64,000 nucleotides of DNA from a virus, in IMG/VR virus record IMGVR_UViG_3300043436_005236, positions 1-64,000 of that record; one strand, 5' to 3'. The first letter of the stretch is position 1. Each line of letters begins with the position of its first letter. The position numbers were made by a program, and so were the translations under genes. The notes under the pieces are model-generated. The model had not been told where the DNA came from. It was given only the letters and a program-made list of their open reading frames with translations, and ran no database searches. Positions 1 to 9,766 of the stretch are shown here, one piece after another.

Positions 1-2
1 CA

Positions 3-128
3 TCTAATATACCTGATGTTATACCGTCAGATGCTAAATCGTACCCTGGTGATATTGATACCGAATCCAAGACAAAAGTATTAGATATGTCAGTAAATAA
101 TACAGATATATACGGTAGTTATTATTAA
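3..128 (+). CDS. 3' end of a gp14-like neck protein paralogue (5' end outside the window)
   Basis: Frame +3 reads SNIPDVIPSDAKSYPGDIDTESKTKVLDMSVNNTDIYGSYY*, 33/41 aa identical to the C-terminus of 57297..58070; absent from the ORF track. Confidence 0.8.
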   Translation, partial: SNIPDVIPSDAKSYPGDIDTESKTKVLDMSVNNTDIYGSYY

Positions 129-137
129 TAGATTGCA

Positions 138-2729
138 CTATAATGGCTGCAATTTAAGACCATACATAGGTCCATTGTCTCGCTTTATCTTTAAAAACGT
201 ATCTACACCGTTAGTACTCAACATAGCTGGAGATATAGATAGACTGCTTAGACCTACTCTTAATACACTCTCATCAATACCTATAGCTATTTCTTGGGCT
301 GAGAGTGTTTCAACTCTATGTCCTATAGCCATGCTTCTATAATGATAAGCTGTAGATCCAAATCCTACAACCGCGGTATCTCTATCAAACCCTTCACAAC
401 TTGGTCCTAGAGCAAATCTTGAAACTACACCTCCGGATTCTTTTAATTCTGACTGTGTGGTAGGATAACGCTCATATGAGAAAAGCTGCAAACCAGCTAC
501 TGGTCTATGTACAGGGTCTTTGTTTCCAGCATAAACATACAGCTGTAAATCAGAAGAAGAAATAGGAGCAAATGAAGCAAATTCCAATCCGCTTTTCATA
601 ATTGGCGGCAGCGTATAATTAACACCATTACTTGACCAAATACCGAACTTATTATTACGGAATGCTGGACTAATGTTGTTTACTATATATCCATTTAGAT
701 CCACAGAAGATAGTCCATTAGGTGGTGTTGTTAAACTGAAAGTACCATTCGTTATTCCCGGTCTATCCAAGAAAAATTCTATGTTTGGGGTTGCGAATTT
801 CTGGAGTCGAGATTCTTCTGTTCCTCTTTGTTGGCCTAACCGTATTATAACTTCAGTTGGCGAAGATCTGTATATATACCCGTCATATGATTGTTGTGAG
901 TAATTTCGCGTTGATGGTATGATTTCCCCGTTTGCTCCTCGTACCATACCATACTGACTTTTTAAACTATCTGGCGTTAGTCCATTATAGTTAATAGCAC
1001 TTAAGTCTCTAGAATCAGACAACAACACAATAACAGGAAGACTCTCGTAAAGAAACGGTAGTTTTGCTGATAACAAGGGAGTATTAGCTGTATTAAACAC
1101 TAACTCACAACTATTACGCATAGATACGGTATTATAACCTCCTTTTGAACTTAAAGAAATAATTTGCGAGTCAGGAACTAATAGCGGATCTCCTGGTAGT
1201 CTTATAACCTCTGCTGTGTTTATTACACTGTTTGTAAAGGCTGGTACAAGACTTGCGCGTGTTGTAGTAGCTCCCAGCCAGTTATCTATTGAGAGATTAA
1301 ACGGCTGTAATCTAAAATGCTTCGTTGCAGTTGCGGGTAGAGCTTGACCTGCAGGTATATCTGCATTAGATTGTGCTGTGCCCGTATCGTTTACTGAAAT
1401 AATTTTTGCGGGAAACGATGCAGCTGTAAATCCTATCTTTCTTAAGGACTCGTTATCTATACCAGTAGGGGAGACAGAAAAATATATTATTTTACCAACA
1501 GTTAGACTTGTATTATAGCTACTTGTCCAAACTGCTAGGTAATTGCTATCACTTACTGGGTCGACTGTATAAGGCGGTGCTATCTGGTTTGCAGTTAAAG
1601 ATGCTCCGTATGCAGCAACAATAGGCGCTGTTACTTCAGGTCCTCTAAATGCTTGTGTATGTTGTGTGATGCGCTGCGACGTGTGAGTATAACCTCCGTT
1701 AATTGTTTGATATCCACCACCGGCGCCGTTTTGAATTAAGTGAAAGTGATCTGACCCATTAGTAAACTTAGGATGACCGCCCTGTAGCGTTAATCCGTGA
1801 ACAAAGTTACCTCTACCTACTGTAGTGAAGGGTGTACCAGGATCTTGTGGTTGAATTGATTCGATTTTTAACTCTGCAGCTACTCCTGAAATATTTTGTT
1901 CTGCTAATGGCTTCGTAACGAAGGTATTATTTCTAAACTCCAAAGAGATACTTCCAGAGTTATACCCGCCGCCTCCTATAAACGATGTAATTGAAATTGG
2001 AGAGCCTCCAAAAGGCGTATAAGTAACACTAAGTCTATTAGTACTTGTACTCCAAATTCCTACAGCATCACCTTCTAAGAAACTGTTAGTTTGCGTTGCA
2101 GATAAATTTAAGACGCAATTAGTTCCTGGTGTAACAGCAACCATCGTCATTCGTCCTGCTCTTTGTAGATTAGCAGTTAGGCTGTTACCTATAGTAACAG
2201 ATAGAACTTTACCTTGGTAAATTGTTTGTGGCTTAACCGTATTTAGGGTAGTAGCGAATACATTAGCTCCGGTAAGATTACTAACTACTGCTGAGCTCAA
2301 TAATACATTATTTGTAGATAGGTAGTTAGTTACAGTTTGCAGTGAATTAGCGCTAGTAGACGCTACATAAGCATGTGTATTATTCCAATTACCGCTATTT
2401 GAGATTACTATAGAGTTTATTACTCCGTTATTTAAATTCCATATACTACTATTACTTTGTACAAGAGAAGTGCTACCATCCCAACTAGCACTATTTGAGA
2501 TTAATATAGAGTTTATTGTCCCGGTATTTTGATTCCATATACTACTATTACTTTGTACGAGAGAGGTACTATTATTCCAACCAGCACTACTCGACTTTAC
2601 AAAAGTATATGTACGCTCCCAATTTCCACTTAATGACTCTCCTGGAATACCTAATATAGATTGCGCGTCAGTTAAAGTATTTGACGTAAGTAAATCATCA
2701 ATGTGTTGTTGTACAAAGAAATTAGCCAT
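138..2729 (-). CDS. Tail fibre/appendage protein with N-terminal SNSxxWN repeats and C-terminal YadA-head-like repeats
   Basis: 863 aa, S/T/G/N-rich; repeats SNSSIWN/SNSASWD/SNSGNWN; C-terminal VVGFGSTA...MAIGHRVE...EIAIG ~14-aa spacing; TAAATA 6 nt before the ATG. Confidence 0.55.
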   Translation of the reverse strand: MANFFVQQHIDDLLTSNTLTDAQSILGIPGESLSGNWERTYTFVKSSSAGWNNSTSLVQSNSSIWNQNTGTINSILISNSASWDGSTSLVQSNSSIWNLNNGVINSIVISNSGNWNNTHAYVASTSANSLQTVTNYLSTNNVLLSSAVVSNLTGANVFATTLNTVKPQTIYQGKVLSVTIGNSLTANLQRAGRMTMVAVTPGTNCVLNLSATQTNSFLEGDAVGIWSTSTNRLSVTYTPFGGSPISITSFIGGGGYNSGSISLEFRNNTFVTKPLAEQNISGVAAELKIESIQPQDPGTPFTTVGRGNFVHGLTLQGGHPKFTNGSDHFHLIQNGAGGGYQTINGGYTHTSQRITQHTQAFRGPEVTAPIVAAYGASLTANQIAPPYTVDPVSDSNYLAVWTSSYNTSLTVGKIIYFSVSPTGIDNESLRKIGFTAASFPAKIISVNDTGTAQSNADIPAGQALPATATKHFRLQPFNLSIDNWLGATTTRASLVPAFTNSVINTAEVIRLPGDPLLVPDSQIISLSSKGGYNTVSMRNSCELVFNTANTPLLSAKLPFLYESLPVIVLLSDSRDLSAINYNGLTPDSLKSQYGMVRGANGEIIPSTRNYSQQSYDGYIYRSSPTEVIIRLGQQRGTEESRLQKFATPNIEFFLDRPGITNGTFSLTTPPNGLSSVDLNGYIVNNISPAFRNNKFGIWSSNGVNYTLPPIMKSGLEFASFAPISSSDLQLYVYAGNKDPVHRPVAGLQLFSYERYPTTQSELKESGGVVSRFALGPSCEGFDRDTAVVGFGSTAYHYRSMAIGHRVETLSAQEIAIGIDESVLRVGLSSLSISPAMLSTNGVDTFLKIKRDNGPMYGLKLQPL
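2395..2586. repeat. Imperfect 96-bp tandem duplication (32 aa) in the fibre gene N-terminus
   Basis: 2395-2490 and 2491-2586 both begin ctatttgagatta and share ttccatatactactattactttgtac. Confidence 0.9.
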
Positions 2730-2767
2730 ATTGTTTATTTAATGTAATAATATATATTTAACAGCTC

Positions 2768-3784
2768 CTATTTTTTTTCACACCACGAATAATTAACATA
2801 AAAATCTAACTTATTATTTCTACTCGGTACTTCAGTAACAGTATCTCCAATACCGTATATATCAAACTTGTCATTAATAAAATTATACAGACATAGTGGA
2901 AATTGTAATTTTGTAGCTAAAAATCCCTCTTGATTAAACTCATAAGGGTAAAACGATGAAATATTGCGAGTCAGCAGTAATGTATTAATTTCGTTATAGA
3001 GGCCTATAGGTGTAGCTGCAACATTGTAAAAAGCAGTCGATACGGTGACTGTTTTTGTATCGTGATTAATTGAACTAGATAATTCCGTCGCGTTAAACGT
3101 AGAATAATTTCTATTTACAATACTATAATCTGAAATACGTGGCCATTTTTCACCAAATTGCGGTAGAGGCTCATCGTTTCTTAACAGCATTAATTGATTA
3201 TCCTTACGATATACTTCACTGTATGGGAAGCTATACGAGACACTACTTATAGGTATAATAAAGCTTGTATCTTTAGTATAAAATGTAAGATCATTAGATA
3301 TAGCGCTGTATCGGTTTAGCTTAACCCTGTATTCAAAAACAATATACTGCCCAGGCTCAATTTCAACACTAGTTAGGAAGACATTCCTCGAAAAACAATC
3401 ACCGTCACTTTTAGAACCTACACCAAATTCATTTAAATTTATCGAGCTCCGCGCTGACGGTAAAGGATCGGTAACAAAATATGAGTAATAAACACGAGAA
3501 GAAATATTTTCAGCATAAGTCTGTATATCGCTACTTTCTATATTACAAAGCTCGCTACGCTGTATAATATTTGTTAACCCGTACCCTTCCGTACCAGGTT
3601 TTTCACGACTCGTACCGAGATGGAGGTATTTAATGAGATTTGTTATATCATTATCATACAAAGCAGATAACCCCCCTGAAAGAATAGTATTTTTACACCA
3701 CCCTGACTCAAATATAGTATTGGTTTTTTCGAGTACTTTAATATTATACTCACCAAAAAGCTCTGTTTTGCATTCTATTTTCAT
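2768..3784 (-). CDS. Hypothetical virion structural protein
   Basis: 338 aa; GEYNIKV...WCKNTIL..GL...EFGV...FSR...FEYRV pattern resembles phage tail/baseplate accessory proteins; translationally coupled to the upstream gene. Confidence 0.45.
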   Translation of the reverse strand: MKIECKTELFGEYNIKVLEKTNTIFESGWCKNTILSGGLSALYDNDITNLIKYLHLGTSREKPGTEGYGLTNIIQRSELCNIESSDIQTYAENISSRVYYSYFVTDPLPSARSSINLNEFGVGSKSDGDCFSRNVFLTSVEIEPGQYIVFEYRVKLNRYSAISNDLTFYTKDTSFIIPISSVSYSFPYSEVYRKDNQLMLLRNDEPLPQFGEKWPRISDYSIVNRNYSTFNATELSSSINHDTKTVTVSTAFYNVAATPIGLYNEINTLLLTRNISSFYPYEFNQEGFLATKLQFPLCLYNFINDKFDIYGIGDTVTEVPSRNNKLDFYVNYSWCEKK

Positions 3785-5055
3785 TATAAGTAGATAATAT
3801 TATATTTGTTATTAGAGTTTATATTAGATGTATATTCTCCTATAGGTATAGTATTTAATTCTTTAATATATGCTACAGGACTATTAGTAGACATTAATAT
3901 CCATTTATTATTGAAAGAACTTAAAGAAAGTGTATGTGTATTATCCAAACTCTTATATTCAAAATAATTTGTTCTATAGAGTATTTCATTTAACCCTATT
4001 ACACTTAATTTATAACCGAAGTTAAAAATATCATCCGTAACACTCCCACTCACATCAAATCCTGACAGCACACCCTTAACAAAATTAACACTCAAAGTAG
4101 CAGTATCTGTTTGGTCTGTTATATAAGCTGGCGCAAAAATTTCTTTAGGTGGTGAAATAAACACAGGCTCGAAAGGTATTTCAGATACACCAATATCATT
4201 AGGTATAATTGTTGTTGCAGCCTTAATATCTAACGTAGTTAAAGGTACCACCTCACTTCCAAAATCAAAAACTGGCTGGTATGCTTTTCCTTCTACATGG
4301 AAATTCTGAATATAACTAACAGGCACTGCACTTATAGATGTAGAGCTTATCGGCTTGGTAAAAATTACACCTGGGCGTAAAAACGCACTACCGGGAATTC
4401 CGAGAGTAACATTTTGTGTTAAAATATTCGTATACTGTTCAAGAGGCGATCGTCTATAATCAATGTATATTGTTCTACCTAAGTTTCCAAGTCTAGCGCG
4501 CATTGTTTTTTTCACGCCATCTACAATAGAAAAATTCGTTAATGCATAGTTTACCGAATACATATTGTAGCTATAAAAGGTTCTATCACCGTATGCGGGT
4601 GACGGGCCGCGAATTGATACAGAATTCGGTATTCTCTGGTCTTCAGACTTACCATCACGTAAAATAAATCCAGAATATGTTGTAGAAAGCGCAAAACACC
4701 CAGTAGAATCAAACCCCACCCCTAAAACTGCGCCTGAAAGACCACCATCTTCATAACGAAGACTAAAAATAGATGTTTGATCTGGTCGCCTAAACAAATC
4801 ACCATTCGGTCTAGTGATTATATCTAAACTTTCATTATTATTCGTATACCCTAGGTTAATACCGAAAGATTGACTTCGTGGCACTATGCTGTTATCTTGT
4901 AAAAAAAATACAAACCCGAACTCTGTTTCTGGCGTTATTTTATCAAGATAATAATCAAAAGACCATACTATATCATAGTATGGTGAAAAACCTCTCTCAT
5001 AAAGCAAAACAGATTTTGCAGTGTATAGATCTAAAAATGAGGAGTTATCTTCCAT
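3784..5055 (-). CDS. L-type lectin/concanavalin-like domain virion protein
   Basis: WSFDY...GFVFFLQD...GGLSGAVLGVGFDS motif typical of legume-lectin-like beta sandwiches. Confidence 0.55.
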   Translation of the reverse strand: MEDNSSFLDLYTAKSVLLYERGFSPYYDIVWSFDYYLDKITPETEFGFVFFLQDNSIVPRSQSFGINLGYTNNNESLDIITRPNGDLFRRPDQTSIFSLRYEDGGLSGAVLGVGFDSTGCFALSTTYSGFILRDGKSEDQRIPNSVSIRGPSPAYGDRTFYSYNMYSVNYALTNFSIVDGVKKTMRARLGNLGRTIYIDYRRSPLEQYTNILTQNVTLGIPGSAFLRPGVIFTKPISSTSISAVPVSYIQNFHVEGKAYQPVFDFGSEVVPLTTLDIKAATTIIPNDIGVSEIPFEPVFISPPKEIFAPAYITDQTDTATLSVNFVKGVLSGFDVSGSVTDDIFNFGYKLSVIGLNEILYRTNYFEYKSLDNTHTLSLSSFNNKWILMSTNSPVAYIKELNTIPIGEYTSNINSNNKYNIIYL

Positions 5056-5059
5056 AATG

Positions 5060-5272
5060 TTATTTATGCTTTACAAACACACAGGTAATTCCTTTTTCAC
5101 CTTTAAATTTTGTAATATGTGTGAGCTTAAACCCAAGCTTTTTATATTCTTTATATATAGTTTTAAAGTATTCTTTTTCGATATTTAAAATAACACTTTT
5201 ACGTTTTTCGTCAACTAGAACGAAATCTGTAAACTCTTCTCCGAGCGTGAAAGCTTTTTCTTTATGACCCAC
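5060..5272 (-). CDS. Small basic hypothetical protein (start re-assigned to GTG at 5272)
   Basis: Perfect TATAAATA 5 nt upstream of GTG GGT CAT; the track start at 5296 overlaps the upstream small ORF. Confidence 0.55.
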   Translation of the reverse strand: MGHKEKAFTLGEEFTDFVLVDEKRKSVILNIEKEYFKTIYKEYKKLGFKLTHITKFKGEKGITCVFVKHK

Positions 5273-5280
5273 ATATTTAT

Positions 5281-5442
5281 TTATACACTTAAACAATCTA
5301 CTACCTGCTTTACCTTAGCGTGTAGATTAACTATATCTTCAAAAGTTACACTATCTGATAGAGATACTTTGTAATTCTCGAGTATTATTTTGAGTTTATA
5401 AAAATCTTCTTCATTAAGACCCTCAATAATTATTTCATTCAT
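5281..5442 (-). CDS. Small hypothetical protein (53 aa), not in ORF track
   Basis: MNEIIIEGLNEEDFYKLKIILENYKVSLSDSVTFEDIVNLHAKVKQVVDCLSV*; fills the gap and starts 3 nt after the upstream stop. Confidence 0.65.
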   Translation of the reverse strand: MNEIIIEGLNEEDFYKLKIILENYKVSLSDSVTFEDIVNLHAKVKQVVDCLSV

Positions 5443-5445
5443 AAT

Positions 5446-7116
5446 TTATAAAGTATAGCCGATAACGCGAATTGTAACGGAGTTTGTTGTCTGGTTTGTA
5501 TTGCTTATTCTTAACGCAGTTGTCAAATCACCAGTTGATGTAGCAGATAAAGGTATTGTTGCCTGCTGGCTTGTAACGCGAGAATGACCACCGATTGCAT
5601 TAATTAAAAATTCTGTTGATCCTACAGCTTGACTCGCTGTAGGATTAAGAAGACTAGTATTCGGAGCAGAACATACAATTCTTAAATCAGTGCCTTTAAA
5701 CATATCACTATTAGCATTCCAACAATCAATAATAAGATTTTTCGCTTCAGGAGGCACACTATACATACCACCACCATTAACAATAGCACCATCCTTATTT
5801 GTTATATAAGGATATGCAGAAATAGTGAAATTGATCCCTGATGTCGCAGTGTATGAATTTACTACCGTACATGGTGTTTCGAAAAATGCAATCGAAGAGG
5901 AAGTAGCATTATAAGCAGGTCGTGTGCCAGGTGCTAGAACCGCTTTTGTTCCTGCAGGTATAGAAGGCCTACCAGTGACCCGACCATACTCATCCACTGT
6001 AATACCGCCAAAAAATGTTGAAGCAGATTCTAACGTGGTTGTTAGTGATAAATTAAAATTACCTGACAAATACGAAACAGTACTATCAGTAATATCTACA
6101 CTATCGCGTGTTGCAGAAAGGGGAGAATTAAATTTAATAAAAGACGTAAAAACACTATCTGGTCTTGCTTTTATTATATAAAGTACACCAGTAGCGCTAA
6201 TTGTTGAGGTACCTGTATTTAAATTATACTTAGTAGATGCACCGGGGGAATCTTGTACACCGTAAAGTACAGTATTTGTAAAATCAGGTACATTGAATGA
6301 TGTTAAATTACCGCCATATGTAGTCCCAATAACAGCTGATAACGTGCGATAATCTGCCCCTAAAACAGACTGCCCATTGCATAAAAGCCAACCACTCGGT
6401 GCGTTAGCTGCAGAAATAAATGGCATAATAGTACCAACAGGTACTTGACCAGCTGACCCTGCTACAACGACTGAAGTACTAGGTACAGCTTCTTTCCATG
6501 TGAATTGACCGGTAGCATCTGTTGCAAGATAATAACCGTTTTCCACACCACCACTAGGCCACTCATATGACTGGTTGCCAATTTTAAATTCTGCTGGTAA
6601 AGATAACCCATTACTACCAGTTATAGTAATACTATCTACAGCTATATCAGGGCTAAGAGAGATTCTATTATTACCATCTAGAGTAATAGAATTACCTAGT
6701 CCAGCGGGATCAAACACCCCGGCGGAAAGTTTATTAACTGTTACTTGATTGTTAGTAGAAATATTAATCGTTCCATTACCTGGAGTGTATGAACCTCCAA
6801 CTATTTCCCAATTATCAATAACTGTAGACAGGCCTGATCCTTTATATCTATATAGTTTTTTTGTATTTGTACTAAAAGCTATATCACCTTCCGCTACGCT
6901 TGGTAATGTTGTTATGTCGTTTGTAGAAACAAGATTGTTATTTGCAACAATATTACCACCGAGTGTCTGGCCATCACCAATATATAATCTTTTGGTGTCT
7001 GTTGTATAGCCGAGCTCGCCCTCGCTCAAAATAATATTCCGTCTATCAGCATCAATACCTCGACGTACAAGAAGCTTGAGTAGAGTGTTTTCAAATATTT
7101 CAATTTTTTTAGCCAT
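5446..7116 (-). CDS. Tail fibre protein, Mtd_N-like N-terminus plus phage tail-collar domain
   Basis: VRRG...LSEGELGYTTDTKRLYIGDG; collar motif PVGTIMPF...APSGWLLCNGQ...YRTLSAVIGTTYG...FNVPDF. Confidence 0.8.
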   Translation of the reverse strand: MAKKIEIFENTLLKLLVRRGIDADRRNIILSEGELGYTTDTKRLYIGDGQTLGGNIVANNNLVSTNDITTLPSVAEGDIAFSTNTKKLYRYKGSGLSTVIDNWEIVGGSYTPGNGTINISTNNQVTVNKLSAGVFDPAGLGNSITLDGNNRISLSPDIAVDSITITGSNGLSLPAEFKIGNQSYEWPSGGVENGYYLATDATGQFTWKEAVPSTSVVVAGSAGQVPVGTIMPFISAANAPSGWLLCNGQSVLGADYRTLSAVIGTTYGGNLTSFNVPDFTNTVLYGVQDSPGASTKYNLNTGTSTISATGVLYIIKARPDSVFTSFIKFNSPLSATRDSVDITDSTVSYLSGNFNLSLTTTLESASTFFGGITVDEYGRVTGRPSIPAGTKAVLAPGTRPAYNATSSSIAFFETPCTVVNSYTATSGINFTISAYPYITNKDGAIVNGGGMYSVPPEAKNLIIDCWNANSDMFKGTDLRIVCSAPNTSLLNPTASQAVGSTEFLINAIGGHSRVTSQQATIPLSATSTGDLTTALRISNTNQTTNSVTIRVIGYTL

Positions 7117-7127
7117 AATCGTAATAG

Positions 7128-8237
7128 TTAGTATGTAAAGACAGGAATTGCAAATCGTGAAATTTCACTACCATCTTGTGCTTCTGTTCCTTCAAACGTA
7201 ACAAACCCAGCAGAAGAAAGCATAACAGCGAGACCATTACTCGAGACGACTGTAAATTGTGTTTGTTGTGTAAGCGGGGTGTTGTTTTCTATCTGCGTAG
7301 GCATACCGTTAAAAACGGATAATAAAGAAGAACTACTCACATTACAAGAAAGCACACCGGTAATTGTTGCAGCCGCGCTTGTTATTTGACCAAAGGTATT
7401 ATAATCTAAAGTCTTGAAGTAATTATTACCCGGTGACATGTGGATAGGTCTTAATTTTATAATACCTGTATCATTAAATAGCGTATCGTTATCAACATTA
7501 ATAACATTTGTCTTTATAGTATTACCATCAATAGTAAACCCATCCCCAAGTACATCGTTGTTAAAGCTAGCTACATTAACTACACTATCAGGAATATTGG
7601 TAATAGTGAGCATATCACTAGATGAACCAAAATATGTAGGATCAGCATCAATTTCTATCTGTGATTCTCCAGTAGTAGTGCTAAAACCACCTTTAATGCC
7701 TCTACCGAATGAGAATTCTGATATATTTGTGTGATTAATAACATTAACACCTATTTGGTTATTTTGTACTTTTAATGTTGTATCTATATTAGCAGAAAGA
7801 CCAGACGATGTAGCGACAATACCACCATAAGCAGCACTATCGGCAAATTTTGTACCTGTAATACCCCTATCTCTTATTTGTAATTTTACATCGTTGTTAA
7901 AATTTAAAGAAGTTTCGTCTGGATTCAAATTATTACTCACCCTAACCCATCCAGATAAGTGACCAAAATACGAACCGGTTAATTGGTAGATTTCTGTACC
8001 AGCATAAATAAAATCATTTGTAACAGCGTTTTCTTGATTTACAAGATTTGTATAAGATTCAATAGGGCTGTGAAAAATATTACTTACTCTTATACCTCCT
8101 GCTGTTATGCCATCACCCACAAAAACACGCTTTATATCAGTCGCATATCCCAACTCACCCTGTTCAAGGACAACAGACTGTCTTTGTTCGTTTGTACCGC
8201 GTCTAATTTTAAGTTTTATAATTGTTACATCAGGCAT
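7128..8237 (-). CDS. Tail fibre protein with Mtd_N-like N-terminus (paralogous to neighbour)
   Basis: KIRRGT...LEQGELGYATDIKRVFVGDG; repeated DxxTL/I fibre-shaft motifs. Confidence 0.7.
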   Translation of the reverse strand: MPDVTIIKLKIRRGTNEQRQSVVLEQGELGYATDIKRVFVGDGITAGGIRVSNIFHSPIESYTNLVNQENAVTNDFIYAGTEIYQLTGSYFGHLSGWVRVSNNLNPDETSLNFNNDVKLQIRDRGITGTKFADSAAYGGIVATSSGLSANIDTTLKVQNNQIGVNVINHTNISEFSFGRGIKGGFSTTTGESQIEIDADPTYFGSSSDMLTITNIPDSVVNVASFNNDVLGDGFTIDGNTIKTNVINVDNDTLFNDTGIIKLRPIHMSPGNNYFKTLDYNTFGQITSAAATITGVLSCNVSSSSLLSVFNGMPTQIENNTPLTQQTQFTVVSSNGLAVMLSSAGFVTFEGTEAQDGSEISRFAIPVFTY

Positions 8238-8262
8238 ATCCTATTGTATTTATTTAATCGAT

Positions 8263-8685
8263 CTATGCTTCGTTGAGAATTTCCGGCCATGTATTTTTTA
8301 TATCTATAATATTGTCAGGAAGATCAATTTTTGTGACATCACGTAACGCAGCTTTGAGCGTTTTTATATTATTAATCTTTTCGCTATTGTCTTGTTCAAG
8401 AGCTAGCATAAATTTATAATCCAACTCTTTTAACTTTTTATTTCTTGCTACACGCCAACAATCTTTTTGTATTTGCTTAGCCTTAAGTATATTGATAGAC
8501 ACATGCATATTATCATCTATCTCCCACGCATCACGAAAATATCCATCCGGTAATGCTGAATCATCAATAATATTATACTTTGAACTAGCTGGTATAGTAA
8601 GAGCTATTACTTGATCTAGTGAGACACCCTCTGCTGGCGTGACGATACAAATTTCTTCTTCTGTTTTATATACTACTATATTCAC
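8263..8685 (-). CDS. Tail fibre assembly chaperone
   Basis: FRDAW...WRVARNKKLKELD...ALRDVT...WPEIL, typical Tfa-like chaperone; lies next to fibre genes. Confidence 0.7.
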   Translation of the reverse strand: MNIVVYKTEEEICIVTPAEGVSLDQVIALTIPASSKYNIIDDSALPDGYFRDAWEIDDNMHVSINILKAKQIQKDCWRVARNKKLKELDYKFMLALEQDNSEKINNIKTLKAALRDVTKIDLPDNIIDIKNTWPEILNEA

Positions 8686-8691
8686 AACATT

Positions 8692-9750
8692 TTAACTTCC
8701 AAACACAACAAAGCAGAACCCAGTTAGATTTTCTACTTCATTAGATTCGTGCGACCAGCAAATAAACTCAAAATAACTAGCTGTTTTCATTTTTACTAAT
8801 ATAAGATTTTCATCACCTCTATTAGCCTGCTTAGTATCGCCCCCTGCTTGACCGCTGTAAGCTGGAGCTTGTCCAAATACCGGATTATTATTACCCCTCA
8901 TATATGTATTTTGTACAATAACAGCATATTGATCATTCGCCATAGGCGTTGTAAATGTAACCCGGTAGCATCCTTTTGACTGCCATGTAACACTAGCGAA
9001 ATTATATCCCGTGGCAGTACTAAATGTCTGCGCGCCAGCTGTAAAATTATTAGTTTTAGCATAACCATACGACTTTGCAGCATTTGGAGCAGTAATACCA
9101 CTGGTTGAAGTAATTGTTTCCGCTGTAATATTTTTACCAAATATCGTACCATCTTTATTCATGTATGCTGCTAACGACCCTGCTTTACCAGCACCAAAAG
9201 ACCCACCATCAGAATAAAAATCAAAAGAAGTAACACCACCGCCCCAACTTGAAGGTTTTGTATATTTTGTTGCGTGAGTTGCTAGCTGCACGTTCATATT
9301 ACCTGTACTATCAACAGTTGTAAGCGGAATAAAATCTTCTGTTGTTCTATAATCAAATCCACCTATAGCAAATTGATCGCCACCTCCTCTAACATTATCA
9401 CCTATTACAACACGTATTTGTGACGAATCGACATCTACGTTTGCCCGCGTTATATACATAACATCAGTGTTATCAGAAAAACCAAACATTAGTTTTGGAT
9501 AACTTGACGCAGAAAGAGAGCGTATATTGCTATTTACTGGTGCGGTGTTAAGAACAATATCGTCATCTGTTCTAATTTTACCTGTAACGGTTATACCCTG
9601 TTTAGCGCGACCTATCTCCAAAGATGACTTATTACCATAACCATCATAAACGCTCTGCAACCCTGTAGCAGGCAGAGGTTCCCCGTTGACATGAAGAACG
9701 CTGGTATAGGTATCAGAAATATTAGTATTAGTTAATGATGCTGTTGCCAT
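8692..9750 (-). CDS. Tail fibre / receptor-binding protein
   Basis: 352 aa; C-terminal YNFASV...GCYRVTFTTPMANDQYAV fibre-tip motif; directly upstream of the chaperone. Confidence 0.65.
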   Translation of the reverse strand: MATASLTNTNISDTYTSVLHVNGEPLPATGLQSVYDGYGNKSSLEIGRAKQGITVTGKIRTDDDIVLNTAPVNSNIRSLSASSYPKLMFGFSDNTDVMYITRANVDVDSSQIRVVIGDNVRGGGDQFAIGGFDYRTTEDFIPLTTVDSTGNMNVQLATHATKYTKPSSWGGGVTSFDFYSDGGSFGAGKAGSLAAYMNKDGTIFGKNITAETITSTSGITAPNAAKSYGYAKTNNFTAGAQTFSTATGYNFASVTWQSKGCYRVTFTTPMANDQYAVIVQNTYMRGNNNPVFGQAPAYSGQAGGDTKQANRGDENLILVKMKTASYFEFICWSHESNEVENLTGFCFVVFGS

Positions 9751-9766
9751 TTTTTATTATTTATTA

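Noticed and set aside
5446-8237. Diversity-generating retroelement suggested by Mtd_N domains
   Set aside because: No reverse transcriptase and no template/variable repeat pair seen; Mtd_N is a generic fibre anchor. The 3-128 versus 57945-58070 differences are not adenine-specific.
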